Shown here piece by piece: positions 38,525-47,156 of a stretch of 64,000 nt of DNA. The notes under the pieces were generated by a model. It saw only the letters and a list, made by a program, of their open reading frames with translations. It was not told the origin of the DNA and did no database searches. Position numbers and translations under genes: made by a program. The stretch's first letter is position 1. Every line of letters begins with the position of its first letter. Source of the stretch: an uncultured bacterium (lineage in GTDB: Bacteria > Auribacterota > Erginobacteria > Erginobacterales > Erginobacteraceae); NCBI GenBank assembly GCA_963822585.1, contig CAWGIE010000010.1, forward strand, positions 128,001 through 192,000. The letters run 5' to 3'.

Positions 38525-39799
38525 ATGAGGACAGATCAGGTCTTTGGCATATCACCCGAGGTACGTGAGTATTCTTATGTTGATCGCGGCAATCTCGACG
38601 CAGCTTTGGCCACAATGCTTAAGAGGACTACTCACATTGCTATCCGCGGGCCATCAAAGTCAGGTAAATCTTGGCTTCGGCAGAAAGTGCTGGGAAATCC
38701 GATAACGGTGCAGTGTAGACTCAAGAAACCATTCACCGACATATATGTCGATGCGCTTTCACAGCTAAACATAAACATCCAGGTCAAAGAATCACGGCAA
38801 GGCGTCTTCAAGGCAAACCTTTCCGCAATGGGCGAAGCAGGTTCAGCACTACTGGCCAAAGTTGGCATCACGGCATCTCTCGGTCGTGATGTCGCAAACC
38901 TGACCGAGCAGAGCATAGTCGGTCATGATATCAACGATCTAAAATATATTGCGGATATCATCAAATCGTCCGATCGTCGCCTTGTCATTGAGGATTTTCA
39001 CTACATGTCTACGTCTGATCGACGCAGTTTTGCGTTTGATTTGAAAGCGCTCTGGGATTACGGAGTCTTCGTCGTCATCATTGGAGTCTGGTCTGAAACA
39101 AATCTATTACTCCATCTGAATCCTGATCTTACCGGCAGAGTGACAGAATTACCGATTGACTGGGTACACGATGACTTAGTGCGGATACTTACAAAAGGAG
39201 GGGATGCGCTTCGCATCGAGTTCGCTCCAAGAATTCAATCTCTGCTCGTATCCTTGTCCTATTCCAACGCAGGATTGCTTCAGCAACTTACACTCCTGAC
39301 CCTTGATGAAGCGGGAGTCTATGAGAAGGGCTTTCTTAAGAAGACAATAGATAATATCGCTCACGTAGATGGCGCGAGCATGGTCTACGCGGAGCAACTA
39401 AATCCGGTATATCAACAATTTGCAAAGCGCGTCGCAGCTGGCGTCAGGACGCGAAAAAACGCTACGGGAATTTATGCCCATGCAATGGCTGTTATATTGG
39501 ATGCATCGGACGAGGAGCTTGTTAAGGGACTCCATGCCCGTTCAATTTTTGAAAGAGCCGTGAAGCGCCAAGAGCGTATTCAGTATAGCAACTTGAAGGC
39601 AATTCTCGATCAACTTGAAGGGTTGCAAGTGGATGATGACGGTCGCGGGCTGATTCTTGGATATAGTCCAGCGACCGAGGAGATTACCATCGTTGATCGC
39701 CAATTGCTTCTTTATCGCCGATTTGCCACTGTAAAATGGCCATGGGAAGATTTGATCCGCGAGGCTGATGCATTTGGTGGGCAAATAGAAGCAGGCTAA
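38525..39799 (+). CDS. P-loop ATPase with helical/wHTH-like tail
   Basis: Walker A GPSKSGKS; Walker B LVIEDFH. Confidence 0.85.
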   Translation: MRTDQVFGISPEVREYSYVDRGNLDAALATMLKRTTHIAIRGPSKSGKSWLRQKVLGNPITVQCRLKKPFTDIYVDALSQLNINIQVKESRQGVFKANLSAMGEAGSALLAKVGITASLGRDVANLTEQSIVGHDINDLKYIADIIKSSDRRLVIEDFHYMSTSDRRSFAFDLKALWDYGVFVVIIGVWSETNLLLHLNPDLTGRVTELPIDWVHDDLVRILTKGGDALRIEFAPRIQSLLVSLSYSNAGLLQQLTLLTLDEAGVYEKGFLKKTIDNIAHVDGASMVYAEQLNPVYQQFAKRVAAGVRTRKNATGIYAHAMAVILDASDEELVKGLHARSIFERAVKRQERIQYSNLKAILDQLEGLQVDDDGRGLILGYSPATEEITIVDRQLLLYRRFATVKWPWEDLIREADAFGGQIEAG

Positions 39800-39856
39800 T
39801 CAGCGGGTGGAATACTACGGCCTGAAATGGACCAAGGCTTACCCGTGCTGTTCATC
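39794..39856 (+). other. Degenerate attC-like site
   Basis: GGCTAAT CAGC GGGTGGA...CTTACCC GTGCT GTTCATC. Confidence 0.5.
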
Positions 39857-39864
39857 AAATAGCA

Positions 39865-40902
39865 ATGAAACTTATCGGCCACACAATCTTGGATATCTAC
39901 GGCGTAGAGCGCATACCTCTCGATGGCGAATATACAACAGATCGCCTCGCCGAGGTTATGATCGAGAACTGGGTGCCCTTTATAGAATGCCATAGGAAAT
40001 GCTGCCGCGCCGATTCCTGCAAATTCGCCCCAAAGAAGAAAGGAGAGGATATTCGCTGTGAGGTTGCGGTAAAGGTAATACGGAATTTCGTGCATATCAC
40101 TTCTTCGATCCTCGAAGGGTTGAACAGCATACAAATACAGAAATACTTGGACGGAGCATTTTTTTTGTCGAGGTTCATTTTCGAAGCTGAGGGCACGGTG
40201 GGGATGTGTATGGACGAGGACTGCGTCAGATACTGGGATGAAATGGCCCCAATACTTTTTGGACGACTGACGCGGCTGCGAGGCAATCTTAACGACCTTG
40301 CCACCAACTGGAAAGAGATACCCGAGCTTCGCGCAACTCAGCACGTGCTACTGGTCGAGGGAGAGTCAGAGCGCGCTTTCCTCGACGAGTTGAGAAAGTC
40401 TCACAGCAGTTGGTTCTTGGACCTCAATATTGACGTGTACGGGGGAAAGGGGAACCGCCGTCCTGGCAGGATCCAGATGCTATTGAAACGCTATATTTGC
40501 CAAGGGTATACCGTTTATGTAGTGGGCGATGCGGATGGAGCGAATACAGATATCTTCGAGCGACTTGTGGATAGCGGGTTGGTCAAGAGAGAGAGCACGT
40601 TCATTTTCACTCACGATTTCGAGACATCGCTTCCGATTGGGTTACTTCTGCATGTTCTCAAAAACCTTCACTTGATTGGCGATACTGCCTATTGCCGAGA
40701 GCTTCTGGATCATCGAAGTGGCTCCGTGGTACAGCAACTCAAGGATGGTTCTTCACTCGATATAGGTCCGCACAAGGTTGCCGTGGCCCAGGCAGTCGCA
40801 CGCGTCCTCAACCATCCCGATGTCATATGGTGGCAGAACGATGGGTTCATGAAAGAGAGTGAACTAGGGCGGTTCCTCCGCTTCATCCAAGGGATCAGAT
40901 AG
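39865..40902 (+). CDS. Protein with Cys-rich N-terminus and OLD-like TOPRIM domain
   Basis: CHRKCCRADSC...C; LLVEGESE, GGKGN, GDAD. Confidence 0.75.
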   Translation: MKLIGHTILDIYGVERIPLDGEYTTDRLAEVMIENWVPFIECHRKCCRADSCKFAPKKKGEDIRCEVAVKVIRNFVHITSSILEGLNSIQIQKYLDGAFFLSRFIFEAEGTVGMCMDEDCVRYWDEMAPILFGRLTRLRGNLNDLATNWKEIPELRATQHVLLVEGESERAFLDELRKSHSSWFLDLNIDVYGGKGNRRPGRIQMLLKRYICQGYTVYVVGDADGANTDIFERLVDSGLVKRESTFIFTHDFETSLPIGLLLHVLKNLHLIGDTAYCRELLDHRSGSVVQQLKDGSSLDIGPHKVAVAQAVARVLNHPDVIWWQNDGFMKESELGRFLRFIQGIR

Positions 40903-41113
40903 ATCCTGGCGAACAATCGACTACAACGTTACACCGGCTTCGCTATATTGCATCGGCGAAGTTGTGGTGGAGTGTTCATGAAAAAGCATTCAAGATCCTT
41001 GATCTGCAATAAGTGCAGGGGAAAACTGAAGTGGGAAAGATTCAAAAAAAACGGCGAACGCTTCAGAACTGTCTTGTGGTAATCTTTATAGCGACATTGT
41101 GGAGGAAATTTAC

Positions 41114-41350
41114 ATGGTACTCATCGAAGCAAAAGTAATGGACGCAACCCATCTGGAGTTGACAAAGCCCATCACCGCAAAACGGGGCAAGAAGGTGTTC
41201 GTCGTGGTTGCCGAATCCGCGGAGCAGGACGCGGAACGGCGGGAGTGGCTTGAGGGGTCGGCTGCGACTCTGTGCTCAGCCTACGGCGATTCCGAGCCCG
41301 ATTACACCCCTGACATGGTCAGAGAAAGCAATCAGGACTATGAGACATGA
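41114..41350 (+). CDS. Small antitoxin-like protein
   Basis: GGAGG SD; acidic tail (AYGDSEPDY); ATGA overlap with a toxin stub. Confidence 0.7.
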   Translation: MVLIEAKVMDATHLELTKPITAKRGKKVFVVVAESAEQDAERREWLEGSAATLCSAYGDSEPDYTPDMVRESNQDYET

Positions 41351-41403
41351 AGGAAGCCGACATCATTCTCACGCCTCTGCCGCAGGCTGACGTTCAACAA
41401 TAA
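41347..41403 (+). pseudogene. Truncated PemK/MazF-like toxin stub
   Basis: MKEADIILTPLPQAD then abrupt GTT CAA CAA TAA. Confidence 0.55.
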
Positions 41404-41415
41404 AGGAGGCAAAAA

Positions 41416-42162
41416 ATGAATGCATATCGAATGACCGTGTTGATTGCCCTGCTGATCGCGGGAATAGCTCACACAACATGGGCGGATGATTGCTCCAAGA
41501 TATCAGTCTCTGGTTCAGCCACCAAACAACTCAAACCGGATGTCGCGTACATCACGCTCTACGTGAACGGAGACGGCGTGCTGATGTCAGATGCGGCCAA
41601 GAAAGCAGACGACAATGTTGAGACAGTTCTCAAGGCCGTCAAGGAAGGACGAACTAACATCATCGACATTGCCGTAACAACAATTGATGTCGGAGAAAAA
41701 AGTTCTCGCACCTGGAGCAGCGACCAACAGAGCACTCCCCCAAGGCCGCAGGTATCCAAGCGATTGATGATCGCTATCCCGCCGGATTCAACCTTGGCGT
41801 ATGAAATTATTGATGCCGCAATCAGAGCGGGAGCGATTCTGGCTCGCGATAGTATGACGCACTACTCGGGCGAAGTGCGTGGAACCGTGGTCTATGGCGT
41901 CCGGGATGGAGCAGCAATCGAGGAAGAATTAAATAAGGACGCGTTTGCGGATGCCCGCAAGGAAGCAGAAAAAACGGCGCAATACGCGGGGAAGAGTGTT
42001 GGGCCGTTGTGTTCTATCGGGTGCCAATCGACGACATTATGGTCCCAGAGGATGGTGTTTGGCGAAAAGGCGACGGAGTATCCGACGAAGTACCTGAGCA
42101 CAGACTCGAAACAGATCGAGATCAAGGCCACGGTATTGGCAACTTTTGAGCTTCAAGATTAA
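41416..42162 (+). CDS. SIMPL/DUF541 family exported protein
   Basis: Signal peptide; ISVSGSA....KPD.A; AF.DAR..AE..A. Confidence 0.85.
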   Translation: MNAYRMTVLIALLIAGIAHTTWADDCSKISVSGSATKQLKPDVAYITLYVNGDGVLMSDAAKKADDNVETVLKAVKEGRTNIIDIAVTTIDVGEKSSRTWSSDQQSTPPRPQVSKRLMIAIPPDSTLAYEIIDAAIRAGAILARDSMTHYSGEVRGTVVYGVRDGAAIEEELNKDAFADARKEAEKTAQYAGKSVGPLCSIGCQSTTLWSQRMVFGEKATEYPTKYLSTDSKQIEIKATVLATFELQD

Positions 42163-42280
42163 GAACCGTCGAACCATTGGCTTCAGTTTGTCCGGATGCC
42201 CCGACGGCATTCTCGATCCTAATGCGCTCACGGCCGGTCCCCCTTCGGCGCCGGAGCGCTCACGTCGGAATCCAGTGCCA

Positions 42281-42372
42281 TCCCCCTTAAATCCCGCGGC
42301 TTTTACCCCGAGATAGCGAAGCTATTTTTCGGGATTACGCTGTGGGTGAATCAGTTCAGCGATCATCCATGC
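42281..42372 (+). repeat. Truncated module, copy E (5' part only)
   Basis: CCCGCGGCTTTTACCCCGAGATAGCGAAGCTATTTTTCGGGATTACG...GGGTGAATCAGTTCAGC. Confidence 0.8.
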
Positions 42373-42430
42373 CGTAATTAAAGAATCGTTGGCAAAGAAG
42401 ATATTAAAGAATTTGAATTCTGGATGAATG

Positions 42431-42490
42431 ACCGGACAACCGGTTGCAGCGGACAAGGCTCCGCGTCGCCGTTGAATAGGAATGTTGAAC
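42431..42490 (+). other. attC-like site
   Basis: CCGGAC AACCGG TTGCAGCGGAC...GTCGCCGTTGAA TAGGAAT GTTGAAC. Confidence 0.55.
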
Positions 42491-42510
42491 AAACATAAAA
42501 GGAGGGAAAC

Positions 42511-42951
42511 ATGAAACTGCCGGAGTATATCACTGCCGAGGAAGTAAAAAGAGTCTGCGACGAAATCGGTTTGAGGGATTGGTCCACGATCACGGAGCCG
42601 ACCGTTTCAGAAGAAGAAGCATCCGCGATTCTTAAGATCGTGAATACCAGGGGGATGGAAATCCCCCGGGAGGCTTTCCGCAAGGGATTGGAAGTTGAGC
42701 TGGAGCATGGAACACGGTTTGAGGACGCGAATGTCACGAACAACCACCCGATCCTGACCGGCCAGATCGTTATCGCGCACCTCAAAGAGACCATGGATTA
42801 TTATGAAAGAATCGATGTCGCTGAAATGGAAGGCGATTTATTGCACGCTGTCCTGTCTCGCAACCTCGAAAAGATAGAATCAAAGTATAAAAAACTCATC
42901 GCGGCCCGCACTGCCCTGAATCGATCGGTTGCCGACCAATTGCAGAAATGA
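42511..42951 (+). CDS. DUF5661-like protein
   Basis: F.KGL.VELEHG....NVTN..P.LTG.I..AHL.E..DYY. Confidence 0.8.
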   Translation: MKLPEYITAEEVKRVCDEIGLRDWSTITEPTVSEEEASAILKIVNTRGMEIPREAFRKGLEVELEHGTRFEDANVTNNHPILTGQIVIAHLKETMDYYERIDVAEMEGDLLHAVLSRNLEKIESKYKKLIAARTALNRSVADQLQK

Positions 42952-43027
42952 ATATAACCTGCGGCTTGTCCTTATGCGGGAGCAGCGTGGACTAAAGGAG
43001 AAGCGAAAGAGGGGTTAGAGACGATCG

Positions 43028-43846
43028 ATGGAAAACTTTTTATGGCTTATCCCGCTGGGAGTGGCGGTGGGCGCCCTGGGAACGCTGATCGGGGCCGGCG
43101 GTGGATTCGTCCTGGTGCCCGTGTTGCTTCTGTTATATCCCCGGGCGAATCCGAATACCATTACCGCCATTTCGCTTGCCGTCGTCTTCTTCAACGCCCT
43201 GTCCGGCTCAGGGGCCTATGCGCGGATGAAGCGCATCGACTACAAATCCGGGCTGCTCTTTGCCGCCGCCACCATACCCGGGGCGATTATCGGCGCCCTG
43301 ACCACGGACTACATTCCTCGGCGCCTGTTCAACGCCGGCTTTGGTCTGTTGATGGTTTCGGCGGCAGCCTATCTCTTTTTCCACCGGCCCGATGAGGGGA
43401 AACCCATCGAGAGAAAAAGCAAGCGGCAGATGGTCAGAAAGGTGGTTGAGGCAAACGGCACGGCGCATGCCTATTCCTATAACCTGGGATTGGGAATGCG
43501 ATGGAGTTTGTTTGTCGGATATGTGTCGAGTTTGCTTGGTATCGGCGGCGGCATCGTCCATGTGCCGGTCCTCGTTCGTGTGCTTAACTTCCCCGTGCAC
43601 GTCGCTACCGCGACTTCTCACTTCGTTCTGGCCATCATGGCTCTGACCGGGACGATTGTCCATATTGCCACCGGTTCATTTTCGGAAGGCGGCCTCCGGC
43701 GGACGATCGCTCTGGGTATCGGTGTCATGCTGGGGGCACAGGTGGGAGCGGCGGTTTCCTCCCGCGTGCATGGGATGTGGATCATCCGCGGTTTGGCGGT
43801 CGCTCTGATCTTCGTCGGCATTCGGATTCTCATGATGGCTTTCTAA
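43028..43846 (+). CDS. Sulfite exporter TauE/SafE family membrane protein
   Basis: G.LIGAGGG...VP and LLGIGGG...VP repeats; A.ATS. Confidence 0.92.
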   Translation: MENFLWLIPLGVAVGALGTLIGAGGGFVLVPVLLLLYPRANPNTITAISLAVVFFNALSGSGAYARMKRIDYKSGLLFAAATIPGAIIGALTTDYIPRRLFNAGFGLLMVSAAAYLFFHRPDEGKPIERKSKRQMVRKVVEANGTAHAYSYNLGLGMRWSLFVGYVSSLLGIGGGIVHVPVLVRVLNFPVHVATATSHFVLAIMALTGTIVHIATGSFSEGGLRRTIALGIGVMLGAQVGAAVSSRVHGMWIIRGLAVALIFVGIRILMMAF

Positions 43847-44147
43847 TCGCGGCGCCGCGCGCCGAACAAGCATAGGAAATAATGCCGCCGGCAGGAAAGA
43901 CCATAGACGGATTGGTGTCGAGGGAGATCCGTTCCCGGCAGTGTATTGAAGCCGGAGACTACGTCGTCAAAGGGAAAGGTTTCCGGAGCCGGATTACGCC
44001 GCGAGGCAAGAGGATGGCGCCAGAAATTCGAGACAGAGCCCTGCGGCAAGAGAAAGCAGAATCATTAAACAAACGAATGCCGCCCGCGATTATTGCCGCG
44101 GCTGACTGGATATCGTTCGCGAGTGACCGAAGTCTCACCGCGCGTGC

Positions 44148-44981
44148 TTAATCGGACAGCAGGGCCTTCCCGATCGCCTCCGAAAAGCCGTCATCATCGT
44201 TGGCGGCGACGGCCGGAAATTCTTCTTTCAGTTCCCGGCAGGCGTTGGCGACGGCGAAACCGGCCCCCGCCCAGCGCAGGAGGGGCAGGTCGTTGTAGTC
44301 GTTCCCGACCGCGATCACGTTCTTTGCCGCCACCCCGATCGTCTCCGCCAGCCCGGCCGCGGCCCGGTCCTTGCCTGCCCCTTCGGGAAGAATCTCCATC
44401 CAGTGCGACCGGTGGTCGAGGGGGGAGGTGGTCCGGATCACGGCGACGCCGGACATTCCCTGCCGGACCCGGAGGAAGAAGTCATACCCGGTCTCGGGAA
44501 AGACGGCGACGATCTGGCAGGATTTTTCCATCCCCGGGGACTCTTCCAGAGGCGCCGCCCAGCGGCGATAAAGGCGGATCCGGCGGTGGAAGTCCGGGTT
44601 GCCCCGTCCCTCCCCGTGAAAAGAGAAGCGGTGATTTTCGGGGATGGGATCGTGGACCATGAAATCGGCCCCGGCGGCGATCAGCTTCCGGGAGAGCTTC
44701 GTTACCTCGGCGCCCGACAGGTGATACGCCCGCAACAGGCGCCGCTCCGGCCAGTCAAAGATGCCGCACCCGGAAGAGAAGATGACATAATCGACCGGGA
44801 AGGAGGGCGGGAGCACCTTCCGCAAGGAGAAGGGGGACCGGCCGGTCGCGATCACCCGGGTGACCCCCCGGCGGCCGAGTTCGACCAGGGTTTCATAATC
44901 CCGTTTACTGACGGACCGGTCGCTCCGGAGCAGGGTGCCATCGAGGTCGGTGACGGCCATCTTCAGCTGCATGGATCGCAC
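44148..44981 (-). CDS. Cof-type HAD hydrolase (subfamily IIB)
   Basis: TDLDGTLL, IATGR, K, VGNDYND. Confidence 0.93.
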   Translation of the reverse strand: MRSMQLKMAVTDLDGTLLRSDRSVSKRDYETLVELGRRGVTRVIATGRSPFSLRKVLPPSFPVDYVIFSSGCGIFDWPERRLLRAYHLSGAEVTKLSRKLIAAGADFMVHDPIPENHRFSFHGEGRGNPDFHRRIRLYRRWAAPLEESPGMEKSCQIVAVFPETGYDFFLRVRQGMSGVAVIRTTSPLDHRSHWMEILPEGAGKDRAAAGLAETIGVAAKNVIAVGNDYNDLPLLRWAGAGFAVANACRELKEEFPAVAANDDDGFSEAIGKALLSD

Positions 44982-44984
44982 TTT

Positions 44985-46586
44985 CTACTCCAGGGCGCCC
45001 GGGGTCTTGTGCCGCGCGGCTTTCGTAAAAGAGAAGATAAAGAGCATCGCCGCTACCAGCAGATACCCGACGGCGAAATGATAGGGGACCTGCCGGGGGA
45101 TGGCGTCCAGCGTCCAGGGCAGGTATATCTCACCATCGATGGTGGCGGAATGGATAATCCCGAAAAAGGTCATCAAGGCGATGACCACGAGATAGAGTGA
45201 ACTGAGCTTTAACTTCCTGTCTATCATCTCGGCCAGGAAAGCCCCCCAGAGGAGACCGGTGAGGATGAAGCCGTTGCCGAGAGCGAGGGTGACCAGTACA
45301 TCGGGGATGGTCGTCCCCGCTTCGGAGATGAGGTGTCTCAGGTGATCGGCGGAGATGATGGTCGCGGTCTCGTATTTGATCGAGAGGAGCCGGGCGATGG
45401 TGGGAAACATGGCCAGGATCACGGCCGGGGCATGCCGTTTGGGCGAATCGGTAAATGCCTGGGAGACGATATCGATGCCGACGAAGACCAGGATCGGGGC
45501 CAGGACCGCGGCCGGTATCAGGTTGAGGAAAAACGATAAGTACCCCATCATTCCGCCGATCCCGATGAAGAGCCCCGTTAAAAGAGTATAGCCGGCCCGG
45601 GCGCCCATCCGCTTGTAGGCCGGCTGGCCGGCATAGGGGGTGGACTGGGCGACGCCGCCGCAGACTCCGGCGACCAGCGTGGAGATCGCCTCGGTGAGAA
45701 GGATGGAACGGGTATTATAGTCATCGCCGGCAAGCTTGGCGCTGGCGGTGACGTTGATCCCCCCGACCACGGTGAGGATGGCGAAAGGGATGGCGATTGG
45801 AAGGTAGGTAAGCGCGGGGACCAGCCCTTTTATGAAGCCGAGGTGAGGGAGAGGCAACCCGAAATAGAAATGCGTCGAGGGAGGGGAATAGGTCCCGGCC
45901 AGGATCCCCTGTGAGCCGAGGACGTGATAGAGGACGGTGCCGAGAATCACTGCCGCGAAAACACCGGGGATCTTTCCCGGCAGTTCCAGTTTCGCGACCA
46001 GGGAATAGAGAACGAGTCCCAGCGCGATCAGGCCGACAATGGGAAGGCCGAAGATATTCGCCAGGGGGATGAAACCGATCAGGAGGAGGCCGATCCCGGC
46101 CAGCGAACCCAAAAGCCCCGCGGTGGGGACGATCTTGGCGACCCAGTTCCCGCAGCAGGAGGTGATGACTTTGAAGGCGCCGATCATGACCATGGTCGCC
46201 ATTCCCAGGTACCAGGTCATCAGGGCGGCGTCGGTCACCGAGTGGCCGTCTTTCTTGAAGGCGACAAAGGCGGGTCCGAGGACGGCCAGGGCGATCCCGA
46301 TGGTGGAGGGCGCGTCCAGACCCAGCGGCATTGCGGTGACGGTCCTGTTGCCCGTCTTCCGGGACAGGCGGAAGGCCAGCCAGGTGTAGATCAGATCGCC
46401 GAAAAGAACTCCGAAAGCCGTCCCCGGTATCATCCGCTTGTAAACGATATCGGCGGGGAAATCAAAAGCGTAGATCAGAATGCCGGCAAGAAAGGCCAGG
46501 ACGGCCATATTGTCGGAGATCATGCCGAAAAAACCGCTGATGTCCCCGGCGACGAACCACTGGTATCCTTCCCGGCTTCCCTTCAT
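44985..46586 (-). CDS. Nucleobase-permease-like (NCS2/AzgA-related) membrane protein
   Basis: 12 or more TM segments; VTAMPLG...P, TPY.G.PAYK.MGAR.GY. Confidence 0.75.
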   Translation of the reverse strand: MKGSREGYQWFVAGDISGFFGMISDNMAVLAFLAGILIYAFDFPADIVYKRMIPGTAFGVLFGDLIYTWLAFRLSRKTGNRTVTAMPLGLDAPSTIGIALAVLGPAFVAFKKDGHSVTDAALMTWYLGMATMVMIGAFKVITSCCGNWVAKIVPTAGLLGSLAGIGLLLIGFIPLANIFGLPIVGLIALGLVLYSLVAKLELPGKIPGVFAAVILGTVLYHVLGSQGILAGTYSPPSTHFYFGLPLPHLGFIKGLVPALTYLPIAIPFAILTVVGGINVTASAKLAGDDYNTRSILLTEAISTLVAGVCGGVAQSTPYAGQPAYKRMGARAGYTLLTGLFIGIGGMMGYLSFFLNLIPAAVLAPILVFVGIDIVSQAFTDSPKRHAPAVILAMFPTIARLLSIKYETATIISADHLRHLISEAGTTIPDVLVTLALGNGFILTGLLWGAFLAEMIDRKLKLSSLYLVVIALMTFFGIIHSATIDGEIYLPWTLDAIPRQVPYHFAVGYLLVAAMLFIFSFTKAARHKTPGALE

Positions 46587-46633
46587 CCGTTCCTCCTGTC
46601 TCGTCCACTGATTATACTAATGTTCACTGACGG

Positions 46634-47156
46634 CCCCCGCCGCGCCCTCTTTAATAACCACAAAGACACTAAGACACTAAGATAGATATAAAAATATCTT
46701 GATCGTTGGACGTTCGAAGTTGGAAGTTAGAAGTTCGACGTTCAGTTTTTCATCCCCCGCCGCGCCCTCTTTCTTGAACCGCATAGACGCGGAGATCGCA
46801 AAGAAAAAGTTTACGCAACCGACTCGTTCGACGTTCGAAGTTGAGCGTTCGATGTTCGACGTTCAGTTTTTCATCCCCCGCCGCGCCCCCTTTTTATCAG
46901 CCGCAAAAAGGCGCAAAATTCGCAAAAGTATACTATATGAGCACCTGATTAACCTGATTTCCCTGATGGTTCCCTCATCGTGCAGCCCTACATGAATGCC
47001 CAATTCCCAATGGCCGACTTCCATTATTCAACTATACCATTCGACATTTGGATATTGGTTATTGGAGATTGGTCATTGGTTATTCGGGCGGATATGGGGG
47101 TTCGCCTCTGGATCGTTGGACGTTCGAATGTTGAACGTTCGAACGTTGGACGTTCA
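46634..47156. repeat. Stack of mixed short-repeat elements
   Basis: CCCCGCCGCGCCC x3, (GTTCGAA/GTTCGAC/GTTGGAC)n tracts, three different 9-mer triplets. Confidence 0.8.

Larger units (their letters stand above)
18060..44140 (+). mobile_element. Accessory island: integron-like cassette array with no integrase in the window (CALIN-like)
   Basis: All genes on + strand; many bounded by RYYYAAC...GTTRRRY imperfect hairpins; lower and heterogeneous GC; TA and defence cargo; repeated promoter/attI-like modules. Confidence 0.8.

Noticed and set aside
38525..40902. ATPase + TOPRIM as a PARIS or split OLD system
   Set aside because: ATPase lacks recognisable ABC signatures and an attC-like site separates the genes
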